Below, one piece after another: positions 9,101 to 20,900 of a stretch of 37,160 nucleotides of DNA (the stretch's first letter is position 1; each line of letters opens with the position of its first letter). The notes under the pieces were generated by a model. That model did not search any database. It was not told the origin of the DNA and saw only the letters and a list, made by a program, of their open reading frames with translations. The DNA comes from Myxococcota bacterium (GTDB lineage: Bacteria; Myxococcota; JACRCW01), in NCBI GenBank assembly GCA_040752415.1, contig JBFMGU010000094.1:1-37160 (forward strand). The letters run 5' to 3'. The translations under genes and the position numbers were made by a program.

Positions 9101-12100
9101 CTACGTCGTCACCAGCCCGGCCTCGCGGGCACGACGCACCAGGTGCTCCAGCACGCCGCGGAACAGCGGGGTGCCCATCTCGGTGCCGGCGTTGTGCAGG
9201 AAGGCGCGGCAGCGACCGGTCTCGTCGGGATCCAGGCGAATGATGGCCAGGTGGAGCTGGTGCAGCGTGGCGGCCACCACCGGCTCACGCCAGTCCATTT
9301 CCGCGGCCTGCGCGGCGCCCTCCTCGAGCAGACGGCGGCCCAGCACGGGGTCCCGCGTGAGCGCCAGCGCCGCACCGAGGTGGATGCGGGCCTCCGCCGC
9401 GCTCATCCCGTCCTCGATCTCGGTGGCCAGCGGCAGCGCGGTCTCCAGGTGCGGCAGCGCCTCGTCGGGGCGTTGGGCCCACAGGTGCGCCTGGCCCAGG
9501 TTGACCATGTGATTGGCCACGTCGGCGTCGCTGCCCAGCGCGCGGAACAGGTTCATGGCCTCGGTGAAGCCGCGCGCGGCCTCCTCGCAGCGGCCCAGGC
9601 GCAACGCCGCGTAGGCCAGCCCGCCGGTGGCCGCCGCGTCCAGGCGCAGGTGACGACGTGCCCGCGCCATCTCCCGCACCCCCAGGTACATGGCGTGCGC
9701 GGTCTGCAGCTCGTCGGGGAGCACCTTGAGGTTGGCGCGCGTCAGCTCCACCCGCGCGGCGCGGTAGGCATCCGCGGGATTGAGCAGCGCGGCCCGGTCC
9801 AGCCACTGCTCGGCCTGCGCGCGCTCCCCGGCGAACTCGTGGCTGCGCGCCAGCAGGATGGCGGCGTCCGCGCGCAGGCCCGCGTCCACGGCGGACTCAT
9901 ACACGCGCTGCAACCGCTCCCGCGCGCGCGCCGGTCGACCCAGCCACAAGAGCGCCTCCCCCAGCCAGCGGTCCGCCATGCGGCGCTCGTCGTCGTCCAG
10001 GTCGTTCCACCACTGCGCCACCACCTCGCGGCCCTGGCGCATGGTCTCCGCCGGCACGCCGCGCCTCCCGGTGGCCACCAGCTTCATCAGCGCCATGCGC
10101 GCCTGCTGGGCCCGGGGCGGACGTTGCTCCCCGTGCATCTGCGTCACGCACGTCTCCCAGTGGCCAATGAGCTGGCAGGCCTCGTCGTCAAGACCGGCGG
10201 CCAGGGCCACGCGCGCGGCGCGCTCGTACCACTGCGCGGCCTCGGGGTACTGCGCGGCGCGCTCGCGGTGGATGGCCAGGGAGGCGGGGGAGCGCGCGGG
10301 CTCGCTCTCGGGGAGCTGCTCCAGCGCGTCGGCAATGCGGCGGTGCACGTCCTTGCGGTTCGCCTCCGGGATGGTGCCGTAGGCCACCGCGCGCGTGACC
10401 TCGTCGCGGAACGCGTAACCGCGCCCGTCGCCACCCTCGGAGGAGATCACCCGCTCACCCTCCAGGTTCTCCATGGCGGCGTAGAGCTGGGTGAGGTCCA
10501 TCTCCGCGCGGAACACGCGCTCCATCAGCTCGCGCGGGAAGCGCTGGCCCGCCGCGGACGCGGTGCGCAACAGCCTGCGCTCCACCTCACCCAGGTTGTC
10601 CAGCCGCGCCAGCGCCACGCGCGTGAGCGAGCTGGGGACGATCTCGTGCAGCACGGTGGCGTCGGCGGCGGGCGCGGTGGCCACCCCGGCGCGCACGGTG
10701 AGCAGCGCACGCTCCCGCAAAAAGCGCAGGATCTCGACGAGATAACCGGGATTCCCGCCAGTGCGACGCACCAGGAAGTCCATCAGCCGTGCATCCACCG
10801 CGTGAGCGCCCACCTCGTGACGCACCAGCGCGTCCATGGCCTCGCGGTCCAGGGGACGCAGCTCCACCTCCGGCCGCGCCACCCGACGGTACGCGTTCAC
10901 CACCGTGTCCGGGCGGTAGGTGGCCATGAGGAAGTTGGGCCCCTCCCGCGTGGCGTTGGCCATGCGGACCGCCAGCTCCAGCGTGAGGCTGTCGGCGTGG
11001 TGCAGGTCCTCCAGCACGTAGAGCATGGGCTCGTCGCTGGCGGTCTTCTCGAACACGCCCAGCACCGCGTCCAGGAGCCGGTCGCGCGTGTGCGGGTCGG
11101 CCAGGTCCACCAGGTGATCGCGCGCGCCGTCGGGATGCTCCACGGGCTGCAGGAGCGCCATCAGGTCGCGCGCGCCCTCACCCAGGCCCAGCGGCTCCAG
11201 GCCGGCGCGGATGCGCTCGTCGCGCTCCTGGGGTGTGTCGCGGCTGGCCAGGCCCAGGGACGAGGAGAGCATGCCCAGGATGGGCGCCAGCGGAGAGGAG
11301 CGCGTGGCATAGCGACACCGCCCGAACAGGCCCACCCCGCCCTTGCGCGTCCACTCGTCGATGAAGAAGCTGAGGAGCGCGCTCTTGCCGCTGCCCGCCT
11401 CCCCGCACAATCCCCCCGACGAGGCTTCACCGGCGCGCGCGGCATCCACCAGCTGCGAGAGCCGCTCCACCACTGCCTCCCGCCCGGCGTAGAACCGGCG
11501 GTGGTTGCGCGCGCGCACGTAGTGGCTGCGACGCTCCGCGGTGGAATGCACCAGGTGCATGTTGAGCGGCGCGCTCTTGCCCTTGACCACGATGCCCGGG
11601 CGCGCCGAGGTGCGGAATTCCCCGTCGGAAGCGTCGACGATCTCCTCGGTGGCGTAGACCTCGAAGGGGCCGGCGGCGGCGGAGACGCGCGCGGCGGTGT
11701 TCACCGCGTCGCCCACCACGGTGATGTCATGGCGGTAGTTGCTGCCAAAGGTGCCGAAGTAGACCTTCCCGCCGTGCAGGCCCACGCTGATGGAGAGCTT
11801 CTGCATGCCGCCAAAGGCAAAGGCGCGCAGCCGGGTGGTGGCCTCCAGCGCGGCCAGCAGCGCGCGCTCCGGGTCATTGTCGGAGGGAGAATGCAGCCCG
11901 AAGAGCACCATGACGCGGTGCCCGCGCTCGGTGAGGTCCACCTTGGCGGGCAGCCCGGTGTACTTGCGGAACACCCGCACAAAGCTGCGCGCGAAGTTCT
12001 GCAGCCAGGCCTGGCTCTCGTCGTCGGCAACGTCGTCGATGCCGCAGATCTCCGCGAACAGCACCACCACGTCGCGCAGCTCACCATCCAGGCGCCAGCC

Positions 12101-12883
12101 CATGGGCGCGGTGGCCAGGCGCGCCGCCAGCGGGGCCGCCACGAACGGCTCCAGCAGCGCAATCTTCTCCTCCACCTGCTCGTCGATGCGGTTGCCCAGG
12201 GGACGGATGGGAACCCGCGCGGGCCAGGAGCGCAGCTCACCCAGCACCGCGTTCCCGTCGCGCGCGGGTGACCAGATGGCGCGCTCGCCCAGCAGCGTGC
12301 GCAGCGCGTCGTCCATCACCACCTGGCCCGGCTCGGCCAGTCGCTGCAGCACCAGGGCGCGGTGGCTGGTGTCCCCGCCGCACACCAGGGAGCGGTAGGT
12401 GACGTCGCCCACGGTGAGCAGGCGCGCCGCGCCGGAGGCCAGCCCCACGCGCAGGAAGAGGTCACGCTCGCTGGCGGGCATGAGCGCGGGCAGGCCTTCC
12501 CGCATGAAGCGCTGCGCGGTGAGTGCCGCGGCCGCCGCGCGCCAGCCGTGGTCCTCGCCACGGAAGACCGCGGTGAGGCTGTCGCCGCCAAACTGGATCA
12601 CGTGGCCGTCAAAGGGGAAGACCGCGTCCTCGAGGAAGCGCGTGAACAGGCTGTTGAGCACCTCGGTGAGACGGGACAGTCCCTCCGGCCCGGACTGCGC
12701 CATGCGCTCGCACAACGCGGTGAAGCCCACCAGGTCCGCGAACAGCACGGTGCCCTGGAAAGGCACGCGCATGGGGATGGCGGCCTCGGTGGGGTTGTCC
12801 AGCACCGCCTCCACCACGGTGTACGGCACCGTCCGGCACAGCGCGGCCAGGTAGGCTTTCCGGTCGGAGGGTTTGCGCTTCAT
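9101..12883 (-). CDS. Class III adenylate cyclase with two cyclase domains, STAND/AAA ATPase and TPR-like repeats (soluble-AC-like architecture)
   Basis: AAGGAG before ATG 12883 (MKRKPSD, 1260 aa). C1: VLFADLVGFT and QFGGDS; C2: ITVVGDAVNTAARV; Walker A GEAGSGKS, Walker B YVLEDLHHAD, RTGGNPGYL; helical repeats at the C-terminus. Confidence 0.92.
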   Translation of the reverse strand: MKRKPSDRKAYLAALCRTVPYTVVEAVLDNPTEAAIPMRVPFQGTVLFADLVGFTALCERMAQSGPEGLSRLTEVLNSLFTRFLEDAVFPFDGHVIQFGGDSLTAVFRGEDHGWRAAAAALTAQRFMREGLPALMPASERDLFLRVGLASGAARLLTVGDVTYRSLVCGGDTSHRALVLQRLAEPGQVVMDDALRTLLGERAIWSPARDGNAVLGELRSWPARVPIRPLGNRIDEQVEEKIALLEPFVAAPLAARLATAPMGWRLDGELRDVVVLFAEICGIDDVADDESQAWLQNFARSFVRVFRKYTGLPAKVDLTERGHRVMVLFGLHSPSDNDPERALLAALEATTRLRAFAFGGMQKLSISVGLHGGKVYFGTFGSNYRHDITVVGDAVNTAARVSAAAGPFEVYATEEIVDASDGEFRTSARPGIVVKGKSAPLNMHLVHSTAERRSHYVRARNHRRFYAGREAVVERLSQLVDAARAGEASSGGLCGEAGSGKSALLSFFIDEWTRKGGVGLFGRCRYATRSSPLAPILGMLSSSLGLASRDTPQERDERIRAGLEPLGLGEGARDLMALLQPVEHPDGARDHLVDLADPHTRDRLLDAVLGVFEKTASDEPMLYVLEDLHHADSLTLELAVRMANATREGPNFLMATYRPDTVVNAYRRVARPEVELRPLDREAMDALVRHEVGAHAVDARLMDFLVRRTGGNPGYLVEILRFLRERALLTVRAGVATAPAADATVLHEIVPSSLTRVALARLDNLGEVERRLLRTASAAGQRFPRELMERVFRAEMDLTQLYAAMENLEGERVISSEGGDGRGYAFRDEVTRAVAYGTIPEANRKDVHRRIADALEQLPESEPARSPASLAIHRERAAQYPEAAQWYERAARVALAAGLDDEACQLIGHWETCVTQMHGEQRPPRAQQARMALMKLVATGRRGVPAETMRQGREVVAQWWNDLDDDERRMADRWLGEALLWLGRPARARERLQRVYESAVDAGLRADAAILLARSHEFAGERAQAEQWLDRAALLNPADAYRAARVELTRANLKVLPDELQTAHAMYLGVREMARARRHLRLDAAATGGLAYAALRLGRCEEAARGFTEAMNLFRALGSDADVANHMVNLGQAHLWAQRPDEALPHLETALPLATEIEDGMSAAEARIHLGAALALTRDPVLGRRLLEEGAAQAAEMDWREPVVAATLHQLHLAIIRLDPDETGRCRAFLHNAGTEMGTPLFRGVLEHLVRRAREAGLVTT

Positions 12884-13035
12884 CGGCTCCTTGGGCGCCC
12901 GTGTGGGACGGGATGCCACCATAATCGCGTCCCGGTGGCCTGTGCACGTGTTCCCCGCGCCGTGACCCGGAGCGCAGGCGTTCACGCCCATCACCCGACG
13001 GGTCCGTGTTACGCTCGCGCCCGCGGTCACCACCC

Positions 13036-13701
13036 ATGGCAGCTCCTGGTCCCTTTGAACGTCCCGATGACGACGACGAGCCGCTGCCGCTCGACGAGGG
13101 GGACGTGGCGGGGAAGCCGCCCGACGAGCTGGCCGCGCGCCTGGAGGCGTTGCGCTCCGGCGACAAGGACGCGTTCCTGTGGCTGATGGAGACCTACGGT
13201 CACGTGGTGCGCGGCGTGGTGGCGCGCCGGTTCCAGGGGCCGTTTGACCGGGAAGAGGTGGAGCAGGAGGTCTGGGTCCACATCTTCCAGCACCGTCACC
13301 TCGTGGACCCGGCACGCGCCGCGTCGTTTCCCGGCTGGCTGTCCACCGTGTCCTTCCGCAAGTGCGTGGACCTGCGCCGGCGTCGTCGTGAGGAGGGCTT
13401 CACCTTCACCCAGGACTTCTCGCAGGTGGTGCAGTCCCCCGAGCAGGAGCCCACCACCCAGAACCGGGAGCTCCTGCAGGTGGCCGCGGAGTTCATGCGC
13501 CGCCTGCCGCAGCAACAGCGCGAGTTCTTTGAAATGCACTTCCTCCAGGGGCTGGACTACGCGGAGGTGGGGCAGCGGCTCGGCATTGGGAAGCTGCGCT
13601 GCAAGTATCTCAAGCGCGTGCTGGCCATGCGGGCGCGTCGCAACCGGCCCCTCATGGAGGCCCTGGGTCGTCTCGCTTCAACGCGGAAGGAGGGCCCATG
13701 A
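13036..13701 (+). CDS. ECF-type RNA polymerase sigma-70 factor
   Basis: GDKDAF..L..TY, DREEVEQEVW, SFPGWL..RKCVDLRRR (region 2); LPQQQREFF..GLDYAEVGQRLGI (region 4); directly upstream of an anti-sigma gene. Confidence 0.9.
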   Translation: MAAPGPFERPDDDDEPLPLDEGDVAGKPPDELAARLEALRSGDKDAFLWLMETYGHVVRGVVARRFQGPFDREEVEQEVWVHIFQHRHLVDPARAASFPGWLSTVSFRKCVDLRRRRREEGFTFTQDFSQVVQSPEQEPTTQNRELLQVAAEFMRRLPQQQREFFEMHFLQGLDYAEVGQRLGIGKLRCKYLKRVLAMRARRNRPLMEALGRLASTRKEGP

Positions 13702-13824
13702 GCCAGCCGGAACGTGGAGCCCGTGGATGTGGTGGGGAGTCGGCCTCGGGAAAAATGTCCCGCGGTGGAACCTGCAACGTAAGCTTCCGGTGTTGGTCGA
13801 CCCGGTGCGGCGCGAGGGCGTTGG

Positions 13825-15027
13825 ATGCACTTCCAGAACGAGATTGATCGCTATCTGGAGGACGGGCTCCCCCCGGCACGGGAGCAGGAGCTGCGCGCCC
13901 ACCTGGACGGGTGCGCGGAGTGCCGCGCCTATTACGACCGCCAGGCCACGCTGTTCCGTGCGCTGGCCGGCAACCCCGCCGCGCCCACCCCGCGACAACA
14001 AGCCCAGCTCATGCAGCGGATCCTGGCGCGCACCCACGGGGAGCCGGTGCCTCCGCCCGTCGTGGCGGCGGCGCCGCAGTTCCGGGCGCGTCCCTGGGCG
14101 CTGGCCTGGTTGGGCACCTGCGCGGTGGCGGCCACGCTGGTGTTGTGGATGACGCGGGATTCCGCCGCGGGCGTGGCGCAGGTCCAGGGCGCGGAGGGAC
14201 TCACCGTCAACGGCGTGGCGGCGGAGGCGGGCGCACGCGTGGAGAGCGGCATGGTGCTGGAGGTGACGGCACCGGGCCAGGCGCGCCTGCGGCTCTCCCG
14301 CGGGGCGGAGCTGACCCTGGCCGGCGGCACGCGCGCGGTGCTGCTGGAGGAAGGCAACCTGGTGCGGCTGGAGCGTGGTCGCGCGCGCTCGCAGGTGGAG
14401 AAGGGACGCGGCGGCTATGCGGTGCAGACCGTGCACGGGACCGCGCGCGTGCTGGGGACGTCCTTTGACGTGGAGCTCATCTCACCGCGGGAAGGCACAC
14501 AGGTGCGTGTCCTCGAGGGACGGGTCCGCGTGGAGGACGTCACCACCGGTCTGACGCGGGAGCTGCTCGCCGGACAGGATGCCTTGCTGGGTGCGCCGCC
14601 ACCCGTCGAGCCAACGGTGCTTGCGCCCACCACGCCCGCGCCGCCCGTCGAGACGCCGCCCGCGCAACCGCCGCCCGCATTGGTGCACCGTCCCCGCAAG
14701 CACACGGCGGCGGCGGTGGCGGATGCCCCCGTGGAGCCGCCCGTCGACCGCGAGGCCACCGCGCGCGCTTCATTGACGCGGGCGCAGAAGTCGCTGCTGG
14801 ATGGCCGCTACCGCGACGCCATCACCGAGGCCACCACCGCGTTGGCCATGGACCCCAACCTGGCCGAGGCGCATCGCGTGCTTGGCTACGCCCACCAACG
14901 TGAGGGTGACGCATGTCGTGCAAAGTCGCACTTCATGCGCTCGCTGGATCTTGAACCTACCGATCGGACTTCGGCTAACATTAGGAGCCTGTTGCTCGAG
15001 AGAATTTTCGAGCATTGTCGACCCTAG
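13825..15027 (+). CDS. Anti-sigma factor: zf-HC2 zinc finger, TM helix, FecR domain, Pro-rich linker, C-terminal TPR
   Basis: HLDGCAEC (HxxxCxxC); TM WALAWLGTCAVAATLVLWM; FecR motifs VRLERG, VQTVHGTARVLGTSFDV, VRVLEGRVRV; TPR ALAMDPNLAEAHRVLGYAH. Confidence 0.9.
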   Translation: MHFQNEIDRYLEDGLPPAREQELRAHLDGCAECRAYYDRQATLFRALAGNPAAPTPRQQAQLMQRILARTHGEPVPPPVVAAAPQFRARPWALAWLGTCAVAATLVLWMTRDSAAGVAQVQGAEGLTVNGVAAEAGARVESGMVLEVTAPGQARLRLSRGAELTLAGGTRAVLLEEGNLVRLERGRARSQVEKGRGGYAVQTVHGTARVLGTSFDVELISPREGTQVRVLEGRVRVEDVTTGLTRELLAGQDALLGAPPPVEPTVLAPTTPAPPVETPPAQPPPALVHRPRKHTAAAVADAPVEPPVDREATARASLTRAQKSLLDGRYRDAITEATTALAMDPNLAEAHRVLGYAHQREGDACRAKSHFMRSLDLEPTDRTSANIRSLLLERIFEHCRP

Positions 15028-15036
15028 TCCCCCGGC

Positions 15037-16046
15037 ATGGTTCCCCACGCGCTTCTCTCCTTGTTGTTGATGGGCCAGTCTCCGCCGTCAACAGGGGCGG
15101 CGGTGGTGGCGTTGGTGATGCGCTTGGACAGCGCGCAGGCGGAGGAGACGCAGGCCCGCATTGCCGCGGAGATCCGGCGCCAGCTGGCGCTGCTTTCCGA
15201 CGTTACGCTGCGCAGCAAGGCAGAGACCCTGATGGGCGCGGAGCTGGCCACGCGCGCGGGGTGGAGCTGCTCGGGGGAGGCGTTGTGCCTGGCCCAGCTG
15301 GGCCGCGTGCTGGGCGTGGACCGCGTGCTGGAGCTGGACGTGCCGGCGGACGCGCGCACCTTTGTGCTGCGGGCGGTGGAGACCGGTCACGCCGAGGAAG
15401 TGGAGCGCGTGGAGGTGCTGCTGACGGCGCCGGCGGAGGCGTGGGGGGCGCTGGTGCAACGTGCCGCGCGCGCGGTGGTGGGGCAGGGCGCGCCGCTGTG
15501 GTTGCACGTTCCGTCGGGGGCGCGGCGCATCTTCCTGGACAGTGAGGAGCTCCTGTGGCCCGCGCCGGTGTTCCGCGTGGCCGGCGTGTCGTCGGGAACG
15601 CACGTGCTGACCGTGGAGCTCTCCGACGGCAGCCGCACCCACGAGGTGGCGGTTCCCGAGGGGAGCGGCGCGGTCCACGTGGTGCTGGAGGGGCGGCCGC
15701 CGGCGCGTGTGCAGGTGGTGCGCCCGCTGGGGCTGCCCATGGCCGCGGTCACGGGCGGGGTGAGCGGCATGCTGGGCGCGCTGCTGCTTGGCGGTACCGC
15801 GGTGGTGCACCTGGCGGCGTCCTACCAGCTGCTGGCCAGCCTGCGTCGTCAACCCGACGGCGCCATCATTGCCGCACCGGGCCAGAGCCGCGCGGCGCTG
15901 GAGCAGCAGCGCAATGCCGGTGTTCTGTTTGGCCTGGTGGCTTGCGGCGCCGCCTTGCTCAGCGCGCTGCTCAGCCTGGGCGGGATGACCGCGGTGGCCT
16001 CCGGCGGCGTGGCCGCGGTGATGGGTGAAGCCACGGGAGGGGCGCC

Positions 16047-16050
<4 letters not shown>
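15037..16050 (+). CDS. Exported protein with PEGA-like domain and C-terminal hydrophobic helices
   Basis: Signal-like N-terminus, CSGEALCLAQLGRVLGVDRV motif, PEGA-like PSGARRIFLD..VSSGTHVLTV, two Gly/Ala-rich hydrophobic segments; starts 9 nt after the anti-sigma stop. Confidence 0.7.
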
Positions 16051-17882
<1,832 letters not shown>

Positions 17883-17984
17883 CACGTTGGTGACGTCGGA
17901 CGGAGCGCGGTGGCACCGCCAGTAGCCGGGCCCGCGAGGATGGGCCACACTCCCACGCGTGCAGCGTGTTGCGGAGTCATGGAC

Positions 17985-20900
17985 ATGAGCAGGACTGCGG
18001 CGTGGAAGCTGTTGCTGGTGGCGCTGGCGTGCGCGCGGTGCACCGGCGGGCCGGATCCCGGGTCGGGCAATGCCGCGGGCAGCTCGTCGAGCGGCGGGGC
18101 GTCCGTGAGCGGCTCCTCGTCGTCGGGCACTGCCACCACGTCCAGCTCCAGCAGCGCCTCGTCGTCCACCTCGTCCAGCGGCGCCGTGTCGTCCGCCAGC
18201 GCTTCGTCGTCGTCGGGGAGCAGCTCCGCCACCGCCAGCGCCTCGTCCTCGTCGGGAAGCAGCTCCGCCACCTCCAGCGCCAGCAGCAGCGCTTCCAGCA
18301 GCTCCTCGGGGAACATCACGTCCAGCAGCGGCACCGCGAGCACCTCCAGCGGCGGGAAGGATGCCGGCGTGGACTGCGCGGTCTCCGCCGTCGCCGCCAC
18401 GGACCTGCTGGCCTGCTTCAACGGCGTGGCCCCCGCGTGCACCTCCGACGTGGGCGCCGGCGAGATCCGCTTTGACAACGGTGCGCGCATCACGTTGCGG
18501 GGCAGCGGCTTTGCCGAGGTGCAGGAGTACTGGAGCGCGTCGTCGGAGTTGTGCTTCCGCACGGAGTTCCGCAACGGCACGCGCACGCTGGTGGACGCGC
18601 AGGGCTGCGCCGCGCGGGATTCCGACGGGGGCACCGCCACCAGCGAGGGAACACTGCCCGGGTGCGACACGGTGGTGCCGCCGCCGGGACGTTGCGCGCC
18701 CATCGTCGTCGACGGGGGGACCGTGGCGGTGTCCGACGGGTATTGCAGCGCGGAGGCGCCTTATTGCTGCGCGCTTCCGTCGGAGGAGCTGGGGCGGTGC
18801 GTGACCGGCGGGTTGTGTGCGGTGTTGGGCGGCACGGTGGTGGGCACGCATCCTTCCGCGGTGGTCGACGCGGGCACCGGTTCCAGCGGCGGTGGGAGCC
18901 AGTACCAGGGCGGTGATCCCGCCACCTGCGCCGCCGCGCCGGACCTTGGCACCGAGGGGACCCCGCTGCTCGTCGACACGGCGGGCGCGGCGGATGCGTT
19001 CAACCTGGCCCCGGCCCCCGGCTGCGCGGGCTCCCACGCCCCCGACGCAGTGGTGCGGGTCCACCTGCGCGCCGGCATCCCGCTGCGCGTGCGCGCCACG
19101 CCGGGAGACGCCTCGCTCGACGTGAGCGTCTCGGCCATGGCGGCCTGTCCGCTGGCGGCGGGGGGAAGCTGTCTGGCCGGGGTCGACGTGGAGGGCGCGG
19201 GCCTGGCGGAGACGCTGGTGGTGCGCAGCGCGGTGGACACCGACGTGTACGTGGTGGTGGACGGGTTCGCCCCGGAGGACGCCGGCCTGGTGGAGCTGGT
19301 GGCCGAGGAGGTGACCGAGGGGTGTGGCGACGGCGTCATTGCCAGCACGGTGTGCAGCCAGGAGACCGGTCCCACCGTGGAGCAGGAATTCAACGACGTC
19401 AGGATCCGCGCCACGCCCTACGCCGGCGGCGCGGCGGACTTCCTGGGAACGGTGCCGGTGGACGTCTACGACGAGGACTGGTTCAACTTCCTCCTCGAGC
19501 AGCCCACCACGCTGTCCTTCCGGGTGGAGTCCAACGCGCCGGGTCGCGCCTGTCCCAACTCCCTGGAGCTCCAGCTCTATGACGCCTACGGCACCTCCTC
19601 CATCACCTACGTCTACGGTTCCCTGAGCGACACCTGCCTGCAGCTGGACGGCTTCCGCGACGACGAGGAGCTCGTGGACCTGCCCGCCGGGCTCTACTAC
19701 CTGCGCGTCCTCAGCGTCGGGTATTCCGCCCCGGACCCGGGCACGCAGCACACCTCCTACCGCGTGCACGTCCGCACCTTCGCCGGTGGCAGCGCGCCGG
19801 CCTGCGGGGCCGCCCAGCCCGTGACGGTGTTGCCCGCGGGACAGACCTCCAACCTGCACGTGGACGCTCCCAGCGTCGACGTGTTCAACGTGGGCATCAA
19901 CCAGTCCTGCGCCCCGGGCTCCCGTGCGCCGGACGCCTTGTTCGTGGTGGAGATCCCGCCCGGCACGCCGCTGGAGCTGCGCGTGGTCCCCGACGACACC
20001 AGCGCCTCCGGGCCGGACCTCAGCCTCACCATCCCCTCCGCCTGCCCCGCGCTGCGCACTTCCACGACGGAGACCTACTGCCTGGGCGCGGCCAACGAGA
20101 GCGGGCGCGGTGGCGAGGAGGTGCTGCAGCTGTTCAACCCCGGCGCCAGCCCGCTCACGCAGCACGTGCTGGTGGACGGCGTCACCTGGCGCGACCGCGG
20201 TGGCTTCACCGTGCAGGTGCGCGAGCCCCCGGTGCAGTGCGGCGACGGGATCCGCGCCGGCCCGGAGGGTTGTGACGACGGAAACGCGGTGGAGGGCGAC
20301 GGGTGCAGCGCCGATTGTCGACGGGAGGCGCCCACGCCGGAGCAGGAGCCCAATGACACGCAGGGGCTGGCCACGCTGGACCAGGGCGTGGTGCCCTTCT
20401 TCCAGGCCGCGCTGGCCGACCGCTACGACGTGGACTGGTTCACCTTCAACCTGGAGGTCACCAGCACGCTGGTCATCCAGGTGAACGCCGCCGGTGCTCC
20501 CCAGGAGTGCCCCTATGACCTCGCGCTCACGCTGTTCAACGCCAACGGCCAGGTGGCTTTTGACGACGACAGCGGGCCGGACGGTCGCTGTCCGCTGCTG
20601 GATGGCGTGACGCTCCACCCCGCGCTGCGCAACCTGGCGCCTGGCACCTACCACCTCAAGCTCACCACGCCCTACGGCTATCCGGCCGGTGAGCTCTACG
20701 ACGTGCGCGTGGTGGCGGTGCGGGGTGGCGACGCGCAGGTGTGCGGCGCCGCGCCCAATCTCACACCCAGCAACGTGGGCAGCGCGGTGGCCGGCGACAC
20801 CACCACCGGCGACAACGCGTTCTCGCTCATCCGCAACAACCTCTGTGCCGGCGGGGTGGGGCGCGACGCGGTCTACAGCGTGCTGCTGCAGGGCGGGGTC

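Noticed and set aside
12884..13315. N-terminal 144-aa extension of the cyclase ORF
   Set aside because: Overlaps the ECF sigma gene, is low complexity, and a good SD-ATG exists at 12883.
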